A stretch of 64,000 bases of DNA from Guillardia theta CCMP2712 (taxonomy: Eukaryota; Protista; Cryptophyta): NCBI RefSeq assembly GCF_000315625.1, contig NW_005434669.1, forward strand, positions 469,238 to 533,237, in the 5' to 3' direction. Made by a program: the position numbers and the translations under genes. Below the pieces are notes generated by a model. It worked only from the letters and a program-made list of their open reading frames with translations, was not told the DNA's origin and searched no databases. This document shows, in pieces, positions 1-13,997 of this stretch. Position 1 is the first letter of the stretch. Every line of letters starts with the position of its first letter.

Positions 1-1553
1 GGAGGAGGAGGAGGAGGAGTATCGCTGGCTTCTGAGAACTTCTGTTCGAACAAAGGCTGAATATGAAGTCAACAAGCTTCTTCCCATCAGTGACATCCCA
101 CCGGCATCCACAGTCGAGTTCTCATTGACAAACTCCTGGAGGCGCTTGTTGCCCTTGTGCTTGTCTGTGCGCAGTCTCAGGTCCCTTCAGCACAACGGAG
201 GGTCACGTTACCCAGCAGCTGGCTCGTCAGATCGCGTACGAACGCTATGATCTTCTTTCCGGAGAAGTACTCCATCACAAGAATGCTCTTGGTGCACAGG
301 TGGGGATAAACCCTAGGGATGCGGGCGATCGAGGGATGGAATCTGAGAGACCAGTCAGCTCTATCTTGAGATTGCAGAAAAATAGAGAACAAACACGTAT
401 CATCAAGATTACATGAAGGGTCTTTCGCAACCTCAACATGAGCTCTACAGAGCAGGACTCGCACAGTACCAATTCTTGCACTGCATGCAACGTGCCCTTA
501 CCTCTTCTCCAGATTTTCTCGCATCTCTGTTGATTTGTGCGAAGTTCAATTCAAGAAGCAACAACATGCTTCAGGGGATAGCAGCCGTAAAAGCAGCAGG
601 GGCAGCACCTTGAAGGTTCCTCGCCTCTTTCGTGTAGTCAAACTCGCTGAGGAACTGCTTCTCGATCTCGTCTATGACTCCGTTCCATTCCTGCACGCTC
701 CCCGTCATCCTCCCCGTTACTTTCTCCTCCGCCTTCCCTCCCTCCTGCCCTCTCTCAGCTCACTTCGTACACCCACCATCGCACCATCGTCACTCACCGG
801 CATGGCAAAACGGCAGAACAACTTGGCGGAAAACAGATCGGACCTGAAGAAGCTTTCGGCATCTGGATTCATCACCTTCACACAGACTTGCTCCCCTGTC
901 CTCAACTTCGCTGCATGACACTGTCCGATGCTCGCAGATCCTACCGGACGGAAGTCGAAGCTTTCAAACACATCCTCCAACCCCGTCCTGAGCTCTGACC
1001 GCAGCAGCCTCCTGACCTGCTCCTCTCCCATGCTGTGGACCTCGTCCTGCAGCGCGCTGCAGATCTCAACGAACTGGTGAGGAAGGTCACCCTTGGATGA
1101 GACAACTTGCCCGAGTTTGATGTAGTACCCTTTGAGGAACTGTACAGAGTTGAACGCTTTCGGGGCAAACTCGTCGTGGAGGTTGTTCCATCGCCTCTCC
1201 CTCTCCTCCTTGTCCTGGACAAATCGCATCCTCCACTCCTCGAAGCGATAGCGAAGTAGAAAAGGAATGGATTCCTTGAAGAAGTACAGCATCCTCGGAA
1301 TGTTTTTCATGGACGAGATCACCCCTATTAGAGGACTTGCCGGGTCCGCGTGCTCAACAACGGGCGTCGTCATCTGCTGTGCCTTGTTTGGAGGGCTCAA
1401 AAAGTCGCTCATGCATTGCACAAAGTCCATTCTACCTTGAACACGATGCAAGAGGATCAGGAAGAGGATCGACTGTACTGAGAGCCTTGCGATCCTCGAC
1501 CTGTGTGCCGATCGGGGGCCTTCGATCCTCCCGGTTTCCTTTCCTCCCAGCAT
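1..1553 (-). CDS. ABC1/UbiB-family atypical kinase, multi-exon, 3' end beyond window start
   Basis: ORF 717-1553 has YIKLGQ, LQD and PVGSASIGQCHAAKL-x-VCVKV (ABC1 signature). A downstream exon reads RIPRVYPHLCTKSILVMEY. The N-terminus has a hydrophobic stretch. Confidence 0.9.
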
Positions 1554-1714
1554 TCTTCCTATCCCCGCTTCCCTCCCTCTGACAAGTCCGCCAACAGGTC
1601 ACTACTACTGCACAGTCTCTCCCTTCTCCTTATCTCGGTCTTTCCCCTCTGCTATCTCCTTCCCCTTCTCCTCAGCTCTGCAAGTTGCTTCCTCACCATG
1701 TACAATCTGGGAAG

Positions 1715-2070
1715 GGGGCCGCCAATCCGGCCCGGGTCAGGGCCTTGAACCGAGACTGAGCGGCCCGGCCGGGCCTGTCGCACTGCACTGCAGTACGGTC
1801 ACTGTGACTCAGTCCAACTGAGTCGGCTAGTCTCCGAGGCTCCGTCGGAGGCCCGGCCGCACTGCACTACTAAGCCTCTTGATAGTACGCACAGCGGTCC
1901 TGCGGCCCGTAACGGCTTTAGCCTTGAACGGCGCCGGGCATAGCGTTGCCAGCTCAAGCCCGGCCCCCGGCCCGGCGGCCGCGGCGGCGCGGCCGCCGAC
2001 TCATTTCGCCGGATTCAAGGCGCTGTGGGTCTCTGCCGCCGTTGACCTACCTTCCTCGGGCGCCGGCGTC
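1715..2070. repeat. GC-rich quasi-palindromic island in divergent intergenic region
   Basis: Dense CCGG/GGCC/GAGTC/CACTG words, perfect hairpin GACTCAGT-cca-ACTGAGTC (1806-1824), and local duplications (CGCACTGCACT, GCCTTGAAC). Confidence 0.75.
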
Positions 2071-2442
2071 AAGATTCCAGACTACCCCTACCCTTCAGAT
2101 CTTTATTCATCACTACCCCCCTTTCTGTTGATCACTACCCCCTTTTCTGTTCATTTCTACCCCTGGAGGGGGGGGGGGGGGGGGGGTGCTATGGTACTTT
2201 TGTACCAACCCTGATATTTCCCATGTTCTCACCCCCTCGCTCACTACTCTCTTCCTCCCCCTCTCCTTTCCTCCATTCCCTTATCCGTGCCCCTTTCTCT
2301 CTCGCCTCCTCCATCTAGTCCCTGCTAGTTCTCGTTTCCTTGCAGCTAGCTTCGCCTTTTTTCACCGCCCCCGCTGTCTCCCTGGTTTGGGTCCGCATCA
2401 CAAAACAGTCCTGTTTGTGGAGACTTTGTGAACACCGAATCA

Positions 2443-3845
2443 ATGCATTCGCTGTATGCGGTACGAAAGCATGAGATGGATGCAGCGACTCCATCGGTAT
2501 GTATCATGACAGCTGTTCATCGTTCTCCTGAGCTGTCACTGCCATCGTCTTATTTTGTCTGTCAAGTTGCCATAAGCTCGTGTTCCTCAACTCGTGTCTC
2601 TGTGCCCTACGTCCCGTTAATAATGCATTCTTTGGACAGGAGGAAGATAGATTTGCAAGGACCAAGTTGAAGAATGACGTAAAAACTCTTATTGACGACA
2701 GCACAGACGATGATTGCTGATGATTCGTGAATCAGATTCTTGCCAAGAATTATCGCATACGGGAGCGGGACAGATCTCAAATGCAGGATTTCATGAGCCC
2801 TATTGATCGACTGGATGTAGATAGAGACATTATCGTCCATGAACCTTTAAAGCTTCATCCCAGTCAGCATAAATTCCGAAGCAGAGACAAGCGGTGAGTG
2901 TAATTGAAAGCGACTTCTACTCTTAAGTATATGTTACAGAAAGGAGTTGTCGCATTGCAATATATCGCCTGGAAAGTATATAGTGGAGCGAGAGCGCATC
3001 CGAATGAGCTCCGAATTCGAAAAATTCGACGGTGTATACTATGCCTCCGTGTGGGATGAACATAGGTTGGAAGAATTCTCCCTAACGTTCCTTTGTGTGA
3101 CTTGCATCCAGAGGTGGAAAGGAAGTTTTGCTCGCAAATTCGGACAGAAAACCTCTTAAAGAGATTCAGGCAAGAATAATCTCCAACATCCAAACTCCCT
3201 AACTTTTTTTCCGAAGCCTCCCATGCGCTTCACACCAAGGACCCAAGCGGAAAGAATATATAATTCACTCATCTCAAACAGGTTAGTTTTCAAATAAGAG
3301 GCTTGTGAGCCTGTTCTGTTCTGCAGCTTATCCTTGTTCAGTCCTAGCACGCTAAAACTCTCCTTGTCTCCGCCTTCATCTCCTTTGGTACCGTAAGCTT
3401 GTCAATCACGAAGAAGGAACTGAACTTGTTGCAGCAAAATCTCCGGCCCTCGTCACAGCCCTCGTCACCGTCGCATATACTTTCTTTCTCGTCTACCTCT
3501 CCCAAGAGAATCTCTACGGGATCTATGTCTCCAACCCTTGTTCCACGTATGATCCCCTTGCCTACCAAGCCATGGCAGAAGGTAAGAAACAGATGTACCT
3601 CCTTTGAACCCTGTGATGCCCTTTCAGAGGTATGTGAATCAGGATCAAGATCTTTTCCGACGGAAGCTAGGGAGGTAATAGAATTCTTGGATCTTAAACT
3701 ATTTACTGACTCTCGACAGCCCGGCTGCTAGTCGGCAGCCCAGAACTTCGTGATTTTCAGGACCCTTTGATCAGCAAGACCCTATAAAAGGGAGCTGCAA
3801 TCGTTTCAGACGATGATTTCCCCGATTCCTTGAACTCACGTTAAA
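2443..3845 (+). CDS. Hypothetical multi-exon protein (Ser/Pro-rich)
   Basis: A series of short GT..AG introns on + (gtgagt..tacag, gttagt..tgcag, gtaagc..tgcag, gtaaga..ttcag) links open exons such as ILAKNYRIRERDRSQMQDF and QNLRPSSQPSSPS. Start and stop are approximate. Confidence 0.55.
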
Positions 3846-3966
3846 ATGTATTTGGAATCTGTCCATATCCCTGTATAGTAAGTAGTTCCACTAGCCACTA
3901 TTCCTCATTACAACTCGGTCAACATTCTGTTATCGATTGCGAAGGCTAGAAACACACAGCAATTAG

Positions 3967-4955
3967 CTATTGTTTCTTTGAGATGAGAACCTGCCAAGTC
4001 GCCAGAATAAATCAGAGAGCAGGTAAAGCAAGCAGCAAGCGATACCTCAAAAGTCAAAAGTACAATTTTTGTTAGCTCCACCAGTCCGCTGGGTAAGGAA
4101 GCATTGTCCCCTTCTTTGATCAAATCTTCTTCGAAAGACTGAGATACATCGACCATTAGCAGTCAAAGATGCTTCAAGACCACAGAAACCTGTAGAGTGC
4201 CACCGTTCTTCCTCAAGACCACAAGGTTGCGAACAAAATTGCTGTAGGATGAACGGAAGTCGTCAGGAATTCCAAGCTCTGCTTGTTGCTTCCTCGGATA
4301 TCTGAAGACATGCAGGCTCATCATTGAAAGTCTCCGCAGCAAACCAGCAATACCCTGCTGTTTCCGAGGCAAGGTATATGATGCTTAGCAACCTGCTTCT
4401 CAACTCTTGCCGCTTACCCTTTCGAGCAAATCTCAACGTTGATGATGCCTGCTTGTTCACCCTACCTGCACTTCCTGATTTGACGCATGCTCTTGCAGAT
4501 TGGTTTCAAGATTTGACAAACTGCCGAGCGATGGTTGTGAGATTCAGATTCTATCATTGCACTTCGGATACCTCGTCCCTATTTCGTACATGTCTGCCAC
4601 GTTCGAAACGAAACCAGAGAGAGAATCCTGAGATGCATGCTGTCTTTGAGCATCTCGCCGCGCCCCTTGTCCTCACCTGAATCGACTTGCCATCCTCCAG
4701 CATCTTCAGGCCCTGCATGAACGAGAGGTTGATCTTCTCAACTTGCTCGTCCTTGATCGGCACAGCCTCTGCGGACATCACCATCGGAACGGGTCGAGCC
4801 CGGCAAGACCTCTGCAGGTGCACTGGAGAGACTGGGCATGTGGATGCAGAGGGTCGAGGTCGCGTCAGGTGCAGGTGAGGAGCAGCCATGAAGGCCTCGC
4901 TCGGGGACAGGTAAGCCATGCCGACCGCAATCGAGATGAGGCGCAAGACCTGCAT
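3967..4955 (-). CDS. Plastid-targeted protein of unknown function, multi-exon
   Basis: MQVLRLISIAVGMAYLSPSEA|FMAAP is a signal peptide with a +1 Phe, followed by an Arg/Ser-rich transit peptide. Spliced exons continue to ...TKIVLLTFE-VLISKKQ*. Confidence 0.7.
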
Positions 4956-5081
4956 TTTCAGGGTATTCAACTTTGCAAACCCGCCTCGGCGAATTGACAC
5001 TTTGAGTAAAGAAGACACTAGTAAGTTTGATGGGCTGTGCGATGAGATCAGGGAGCGGTTGAAGGCGGCGAGGGATGGGCC

Positions 5082-8000
5082 ATGGCGAGCGTGTTGTTGT
5101 TCCTTGCCGTCACGGCTGGGACAGTTCTCACATGTTGCAACGCGCTTGTCTGCTCGAACTTGACGTTGATCTCCTCGCAAGACCAGAGGGTTGTGGTTCA
5201 GTTCCAGAAGACCTCGGAGGAGGTTTTCATCCTCCAGACTCTACCAGAGATGGGGGACTTATACGAGCAAGTGTACATGCAGAGTAAGGGTTTGCTACAA
5301 GGCACCAAGGTTGCTTCCGTGCCTTACACAGTGAATGCGTATAACGCCCTCTACTACCGCCCATACCCGAAGCAGGCTTCTGCGGATGGGCCGCTATCAA
5401 CCTTCTACTACAGGTCCTTTATTCTTCCTTCAAGCGGGCCTGCTCAAGTTTCAGACCCTTGCTGGGTGAAGGTAGTGGTCCAGGCAAGCAACAACTTGCC
5501 CTTCAGCGGTGGCGCCGGCCAATGTCTGAAGTTTGACGGCGCCGACGACCATGTTTATACTCCGATACAAGACTTCCCTGAGTCAGCCATAACAGTGAGC
5601 ATGTGGATCAAGACGCTGGGAGCCCGCAAGGAGGGGGAGGTGCCGCTCTCTTTCATATCCTTCGCGGGCATTGAGTTTGAGATCCGCGATCTGAATGATG
5701 TGCGGGTTGTGCGCGGGAACAACGTGACGCAGGGAGCAGGCTTCAGCGTGAATGACGGTAAATGGCATCAGCTCGGGGTCACGTGGAACATCAGCGGGAC
5801 TGTCCAGCTGTTCATCGATGGCAGGTTAGTACACAGGACGACGTTGCCAGTTGGCCCTCCAATCGCCTTTTCTGGCGACCTCATCCTTGGACAGAGCGGG
5901 TCGGTGAACTACACAAGCGCCAGGCAGCTCTGGAGGGCAAGCGCACAGTCCGCGTCCACCTTCTCCGCCTACTCGAGCAGCTATGAGCAACTGCTCATCG
6001 TCAACAGGATGGAAGCGCTCGAGGAGATCGTGACGTCCTCCGGCGAATACCGGCAGCGACAACCGACGTTCCTCCAAGGAATCCCCAAGGTAGGTGCAGG
6101 CTGGATGATAACGTCGCTCACGCGGGGTGGCAGGGATGCAGCTGCAGAGGAGGCGCGTTCGATCACACGAGATCCTTCGAGGGACTGATGGACGAACTCA
6201 GAATCTATAAGTCTGTGCGGTCAGAGATCGAGATGCAGCTTGACTCACACACGGTGCTGTCCTACCCCTCGATCCTTTCAGTGAGCAACCTCAGCCTCTG
6301 GCTCTACTACACCATGGACGACGTCGACCGCTGGTCTTCTCAGGTGCCGAACGACTTCAATCGCATCATGACTAGTGCGCTCCTTGGGGGCGGCTCGCAG
6401 GCTGCCTCTCCCATGCGAATCCCCAGCGACGCTCCCCTGGTGGGAGCCAAGGTGGAGGACGTGGTTGTCCCTCTGGGGTCCTGGCAGCTCATTGACCTGA
6501 AGATGATGGACTTCGAGACAAACAAGAGCAAGCTCTATGCTCGAGTTGAGACCCTCCCTACCCTTGGCAACCTCTGGCAGAGTGACGACTCTGAGAACCC
6601 CTCCACCATCATCGACAGGGGGGATGGCAGGACGAAGCCGCTCATCCTCAGCCCAAAGATGCAAGTGTGGTACGAGCCAGTGGACCTCGGGCAGCCCAAC
6701 GTGATGCGATGGAACGACCAGGGAGAGCTCGTGAAGATCGACACAAGAGCAGACACCTTCATGATCCGCATCTCCGACGTTCAGTTCATCCCTGAAGCTA
6801 TGATCGACCCCGACAACCCTCCTCCTTGGATCACTACACAGTATGTTGTCCGCCCTATGACACTCCCCATCCCGGTCAACCAGAGCATCTCCATCCAGCA
6901 GGGCATCGTTGCTCCCGTTCAGCTCTCCTGGATCGACTACGAACGAAAGGACCTGGACTTCCTCTTCCTCTCCATGCTCGAGTTCCCGAGCTACTTCCTC
7001 ACCTGGGGCGCTTGTACGGATCCTCTTGCGTGCTGCTCTTCCAACTGTGCCGCGACGAATCTCTGCATCAACTGCACCGACACCTGCAGGAGGCAGGAGC
7101 TCGAGGACGCTCTCAAGTACTCGTCCTCAGCGAACTGTTCTCTTGGCTCTGTTTCCACAATACCCTCCCGCCTTGCCACGGCCATCGGAGACACAGGCAC
7201 CACCTGCGCGTCCCTTCCACTCAACTCGGATGTGTTCTACTCCCTCCCCGGCCCGCCGGTCTGCTCCTTCAAGGGACCTCCACTCTCAGACGGACTGCAG
7301 GACGAGCTCTTCCTTGTCAAAGTCCAGTCGCAGGCCGCGTTCGTCCCCTTCACCTCCAACTTCTCCTTCAAGATCGAGAGGCCGGGGAGGGCCAAGAGCT
7401 CCGACCATTTCAACGTCTCTTCATTCTCCCGCAGCGCCTTCGTCTCTGTGCAAGGGACCCCGATCAATCGAGCTCCCTTCCCGTCACAGCTGGGGATGGA
7501 GCCGGGAGGCGGCGAGGACAGGACGATGACCATCTCTTACAGCTCCAGCGACCCCGACGGGGACGCGCTCTTCTTCCGCATCAGCGCATTTCCTCGTGGA
7601 GGGAAGGTTTTCAACCCCTCCAAGAGGAACAGCTCGAGGATGGGAGGCCTGGTAGAGGAAGTGGCGGGGCTCGAGCGGTCGATTCCCCTCACTCAGACCT
7701 ACATGCTAGGAACAGCAGCTGTTCCTCAAGGAGCAAGGGTGATCAGGAGGAGGAACCGAGATCCAAGTGAGCTGTTCTACATTGAGGAGGGAAATATAGG
7801 AAAAGAGGAGGGAGGGCGAGGAGGGCAGGGGAATGGTTTCAGATGGGGGAGATAACCGTGAATAGAGGAGAAGAAGAGAGGAAAGAAGTGCTGATATGGT
7901 TTTACAGCTCTGTCGTTGGAGGAGCAATGCGGGACATCAGGAGTGGAAGGGCTGGTATATCACTCTTGCTCTCCTCCTCCTCCTCCTCCTCCTCCTCCTC

Positions 8001-11000
8001 CTCCTCCTCCTCCTGAAGTCCGTTTGCAGGAGATCAGGTTGCAGAGGGTCACCTACGTCTCTGAGCTCGAGCTTCATGCTCTGCTTCCGCTCTCCTCTCC
8101 CATCAGGCTCTTTGTGAGGAGCGAGGACGTGGACTGGGACGTCATCCACGACCTTCGGCATAAGGATCGCACCTCTGTGCTGTACAGCAGAGGCTCCTCC
8201 TCGCCCCCTACTCGCTTCGACCTCACTGCTTCCCACGAGAGGCAGAGAGAGATGGAGGAGACGTGGAGTGTCGTGCCCAACAGCAGCGAGTGGGTGCAAG
8301 TCTGGGTGGGGGTGGCAGAGGAGGTCATGCAGCTTCCCGAAGTGTTCCGCATCCTCCTCCCTCCACTCGAGCTGCCGGCTACCTCCCTGCGGCTCGTAAC
8401 GTGCGGCGCGTGGTCGCTCAGTGCTGTCGGAGAGGTTCCATCCTACCTCAGGGCCTCATCGCAAGTCTTCGTCAGTGGCTTCCATGGCAGCATTCCGCAG
8501 CAGCTACGGGGAGGGAAGGTCTTTTATGTACCGGAGGAGAACTTTCAGGGAGGGGAAGGCCTGTCGATCATTGTGTCTGACGGGCAGCTCGATGCTGAGT
8601 CCTCCTCCTCCTCCTCCTTTCCAATCCCACCTTACGTACGCCAGGTGAAGCTGCCAGACCTTGTGGTGGATGTGGAGGAAGGAGGGAGGGTCTCTGTGGA
8701 CCTTCGGGGACTGGCAGCACAGCTCAACAGTTCTTCTCTCCTCCTCCTCCAGAGCACCAGGGTTGGAGTCCTGACGGGCTCGGCTGGTGACCAGTTGACA
8801 GCCAACACACTTCTCCTTGATCCCCAGCTCTTTTTTTTCTCCTCCTACGGCCTTGCCGCTGGCCCCAACGTCGACAGCTTCCGCTATCGCTTCACCGACA
8901 CGCAGCAAGATCGCTTCCTCGACGGCCTCGTCCTCTTCAACGTCTTCTGCCAACCGGGCAGGATGATTCCCCTCGGAGGCAGCGTCTGCCGGGACTGTGA
9001 GAGAGGAACGTACCAGGTAGGAAGTGGCTTGCAAGCTGTATGCGTTTCCTGCCCGCAAGGCACGTTTCAACCCTCAGCCAAGAGTGCATCCTGCGCCCCC
9101 TGCCCTCCAGGAATGTTCTCCTCTCGCCTCTCCTCCTCCTCCTGCTCTCCCTGCCCTCCTGGCACTTTCTCCGATCAACCGGGAGCCTGGAGGTGTAAGG
9201 AGTGCGGGTATGGGAGGATGATGCCAGTAGATCGCGCGACGTCCTGCTTCTCTTGTGGGTCAGTCTCCTTTAACCAGGCACAGGGCAGAACCTCCTGCTC
9301 TTCCTGCCCCGTCAGGACCAAGACGATGAGTCTCACCGCTGCAAATGCAACTGATTGTCAGTGTACCATTGGATCTTTCAACGTCGGAGGGTGTACAGGT
9401 GCTGCTCATTTCTCCACTGTCATCGAATTCATCCTGAATCTGCTACACACAACGTCTCCATCTTCAACATCCTCTTTCTTGTCCTCCTCTTCTTTAGCCT
9501 TTCAAAGTTTCTCTCCTCCTGACGCCTCCTCAGGTCAGCCTTGCCTTCCCTGTCCTCGCGGGATGTTCTGTGGAGGAGGAAGGAACGCTCCGCTAAGTCG
9601 CGCAGGCTTCTGGTCAGACACCAAGTTGTGGATCAACGGAACAGCAGCAGACATCACCGAGTGCAACTACAGGGCCTTGAGAGACAACTGCGCCGGTCTG
9701 GAACGATACGCTGACTCAGGTGGGAGGAGGGAGGAGGGTAAGTAGAGAACATCTGAGTCTGTTCCTTCACCAGACTTGGGCTACCGAACGTTGCCAGGGC
9801 TGATGCAGGGAGGAGACTGCAGACTCGCTTCGAGGAACTACTCGCACGTGATGATGGACAACTCGCAGTGCAAGGAAGGATACCAGGGAAGGTTCTGTAC
9901 AGCCTGCGCCGATGGAGCTTTTAGAAGTTTCGATGAGAGCTGTGAAATATGCACGGGAGAGCCAGCGGCTCTCTTCTTCTTCGCCGTCATTTTTGTCTTC
10001 ACTGTCTTTGCTCAGCTTGTCAAACTTTTCATCAAGAGACGAACTGAGCATCTCCTGGTACTCGAATGGGGACAGGTGAGTGCAGCCGATTCTTGTACCT
10101 GTTGCTTGCCGTCCCTCTGACGCACTTGGTGAACGTGTTGATGATTTCATGACTGAAAGCTTCCGTTGACTTGCTTGCAGTGTTTCAACATGCTCACCTA
10201 CTTCGCTTGGCCGATGCCTGCCGTCACCAAGTTCCTGGCGAGCTCGCTCTCCCTCTTCAATCTCAACTTCAACTTCCTTCCGTGGGCATGTTACGGCTTG
10301 CAGCTGTCCTCTGTCGCACAGAGGTGCTTGCTTGCTCCGCTGCCTCCTATGCTCGTTACTCTCCTCCTCTTCTCCTTTGAGATCCAACGTCGGTGGGTAC
10401 TGCGCAAGCTGCAGCAGGGAGCAGAGCTGGAGGGCATCTGGCCGATCTCCTGGCACTCGATCATGCTCATCAGCGCGTCCCGTGACGCGCGGGCCACGTA
10501 CAAGGAAGGAGAGGAAGTGGAGGAGACAGCGAACGAAGGCGGAGCCCTTGGGAGCGAGAAGCCAGCAGGATCGAAGGAACACGACAAGACAGGGACAGGG
10601 GGGCAGCGGAAGGACTTGAACGTCACATACACCAAGTGGAGGAGCTCAGTCAGCGGGCAGCACCTCCGGCTTGGGCTCGTTCTCTACGACATGCTGCTCG
10701 TCGTCTCGCTCGCCAACAGCCTGCAGCTCTTCAGGTGCCGAAAGCTCACGGACCAGCGCTCGAGCCTGGAGGCCATCCCCGACGTGCAATGTTGGACGCC
10801 GCAGCACGTAGGCCTGCTCGCCATCGGCTCGCTCACAGCCCTGTGCCATGCCGTCCTCTTCCCATCCTTCATCATGCGCTCTCTCAGTTACTCCTTTCTC
10901 GAAGCTGAGCTCCAGGATCCAGACGTCTTGCTGCGGTTCTCCGATTTCTATCTCGCGTATGAGGACAAGTACTGGTGGTGGTACTTCACTGTCCTCCTCC

Positions 11001-12394
11001 GCCGCATCGGCTACGTCTCGGCAGCGGTCTTTCTGACTAGCTACGGATATCTGCAGGTGAATGATCGTCTTTCAGTGACTTTCTTCCTCCTATCCTTCTT
11101 GTTTGTTCACTCCTGTCTCTGCATTGGCGCAGGTCACGGTCGCCCTCGTGATCAGCGCAATCTCCATGTTTGCATCCAACTATTTCCGTCCCTTCAAGGA
11201 CAACAGATACAACATCCTGGAGTCGTGCCTCCATGCCGTCACCGCTCTCTGCATTCTGACTTCTTCAGCGACTTCAATGCAGATGTCAACAGCTCGATCA
11301 GTCGATCACTCCCAACAAGGTACAGCCTTCACCGGTAAATCCCCTTGTGATTGCTTGCTCAGGCCCCGTTCTCCTCGTCGTAGCGAGCTTGTCCTCTGCT
11401 GCCTTCATAGCAGTGTCGTTTTCTCACAACAATCAGCTGTTTGTCCTCCCTCAGGAGGTTTACTCACTCTCTAACAAGATCAAGGAACTTGCGATGAAAC
11501 GGCTTGACCCCAGGTTTGCAGCTTCCCGCCTCTCGATCCAACTGACTGCCTTCGGAAGATTCATCGCTGTCGTCATCGTCATGGTGCGATGGATTTCGAG
11601 ACTGAGGCAGCGCGTGCAAGCCTCGGCTCTCTTCACGTACCATGAGTTCCCTTTTGAATCTGGCCACGTCGTCATGGGCGAAGAAATGCCGAGGGAGCGA
11701 CGGGAAGCACTGGGAGCTGAAAACGTGATCCCCTGCTATTGTCGAATGTGTTTGTTCTGTTGATCAGGGTGAGCAGCAGATCAAAGGAGAGAAGGGGTTG
11801 ATGGGGGATCAGCCTCAATCACAGCCCCTTGAACACGAATCGAGCATCCCAACTGAGCAAGACCTCAAGCTCTTCAAGCCGATTCGATCGGCCTGGGAGA
11901 CTGACGGCGAGCAGAAGTCTTCCTTCCAAGCACTCCGAGCAGAGGAGAAGGATTTGCTCGCAGACATCCTTCACCATCGTGGCCTCCACAGTCTCCATCC
12001 TCACGCGCATCTGCTCGAGCGACGAGTGAATGTCAAACTGAAGCAGCAGGTCGCGTCCTTGAACGACTCCTTCCACGACCTGTTTGCTCAGGCCTATGAC
12101 GCGTCTGGGAGGGTTGAGGTCACGCTGAACTATCTCAACTCGCTCAAGATGAAGATCCTCAATGCTCAAGTTGACATCCGAGCTGAGCGGCAGAAGAACG
12201 AGTACATGCGGCGTCGACTGGCGGTCGAGGACGAGTTGATCCCCAATGAGCCCATACTTGCCATGGAGCAAGAGAATCTTGCGATGAGAGCTGCGGCCAT
12301 GACAGCTGAAAAGGAGGCTTGCCAGAAAGAGATTCAAAAGTTGGCAAAAGCCATAGAGGAAGAGTTGGAAGATTCAAGCTCGGACAGCGATTGA
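5082..12394 (+). CDS. Large receptor-like membrane protein: signal peptide, LamG/pentraxin domain, cadherin/Ig-like repeats, Cys-rich (ephrin-receptor-like/GCC2-GCC3) repeats, multi-TM region, C-terminal coiled coil
   Basis: CLKFDGADDHV..ITVSMWIK..NDGKWHQLGVTW..LFIDG..MDELRIY (LamG); SDPDGDAL; repeated CPxGTF/YQ..C..C; TM block with CWTPQH, YEDKYWWW and RPFK; consecutive ORFs joined by short introns. Confidence 0.8.
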
Positions 12395-12520
12395 ATGTAA
12401 TCAATGTTTTCACTTGTTTTTAATGTAATCAATGTTGAAACGTGTTGGCAAAAGCATCGAGCATGCATCGTATCAGACCCTTATTAAGCTCACTTGGTAT
12501 TCGAAGTAAGGTCGGGAATA

Positions 12521-13058
12521 TCATTCTTTTTCTAGTGCCTTCACCGCTTCCTTCACTTGCTCTGAAACACAACAATGAGGACTCAAGGTACTTGAAACTG
12601 GTCCTCGCTTACCCGCCAGAGAAATGGCCAGTTTCCATTGTTCTTGACTCAATGCAATACCTTTGCTCGACTTCAGCGGATAGTCTCATACCATATTTGA
12701 ACTCGTTCCCACCGGCTTTCCCAGGAAGAAAATCCCCGTCTTTCTCATAATATTCCCTCAGGTGGATATTTACATTCCCCTAAAAAGCAAAAATCATCAT
12801 GATTGTGGTGAATTGATTCGAGGACCTTAAATTTGTTGACAGTTATCCTCTTTTGGGTCTTCCCTCCTCTCTTTTCTTTGGGGTCGGACAGCTAGATTCA
12901 CAGGTTAACCGAAGGCTGATTCTTGTTGTGAAGTGCCATACCTCTGCCCAGAAATTTCCAGCTGAGTCCTTCCTCAACTTCAAACCTTCCGGATTCGCTT
13001 CCGTTTCATCTTCTCCGGCGACTTCCTCCTCAGTTTTCTTCCTCTTCTCCTGTGGCAT
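12521..13058 (-). CDS. SUB1: Transcriptional coactivator PC4/Sub1 (5 exons)
   Basis: Manual splicing gives [41 protein letters not shown], the PC4 ssDNA-binding domain. Confidence 0.9.
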
Positions 13059-13997
13059 TGCTTGCATGGGGTCAGTCAAATCGTCAACTTTCCTTGCTAA
13101 ATTTGTTCCCACATTCGATATGACAATGATCAAATGGTTACAACCAAACCTAAAGACTTTCATGTCGTCTTGTTGTCCCTTTTCGACACTTTAACTCTCC
13201 TTTGCCACGTTCTCTCCTTCTTGCTCGTCTTCCCCGCTCTCTGTTCCCTTCCATGAACTACCACCACAAACTCACATTGGCGGGAAACCTTGCCCTACAA
13301 AGCAAGTGCGGTGCGCCTCAGGAACAAGCTAGAGATTGTGCGAAGGACAGCAGCGCAACAAACAACGAGACAACTTGCGTCATGGTGAAGGAGCTGCCTT
13401 TCTCTAATTTAACGCTCGGGCGGGCTTGTTTTCAGGCGTCGTAGATTTTTTTTTCAAGTAACCCCACCCCCACCTGTTAGAAACTCCATGGCCACCTACC
13501 CTACGATGAAAGTTTTGAAGCAAGATTTTTACCCCTCGATTTAAAACATTTGTGTGAAAAATCAAGGTAGGGGTAGTACCCTACCCACCAGATTTTTCAA
13601 CCCTACCCTGCCATAGTCTCCGCGGCGCCTACAAGGTAATGTCCGAAATGGATGAAGACGCGACAGTGCTGCTTGTTGATGGCTTCTTGTGCTGTTCTTG
13701 CTGTGCATACAGTTGATAGCATAAAGTTCATGTTTAATTATCATCACTTAAAATTCAAGTAATGTGAACAATCGGTCACGGCACTTGTGCATTGCTGATT
13801 GCACGTTGCTCACATTCCCCAGCAATTAATCGTGACAAATAGTGATCCTTGCAACTTTTGTTGAAACTGATCGATCTTGCATTGTTTTCCTGTAGCAGAT
13901 TTGATATAATGACTCTGTCATGGTGGTGGTTCATTTTCTTGTCTTCGACTTTAACTTACTGTTTGAGCCTAACACGCTTTTTTTCATAGAAAGGTTC

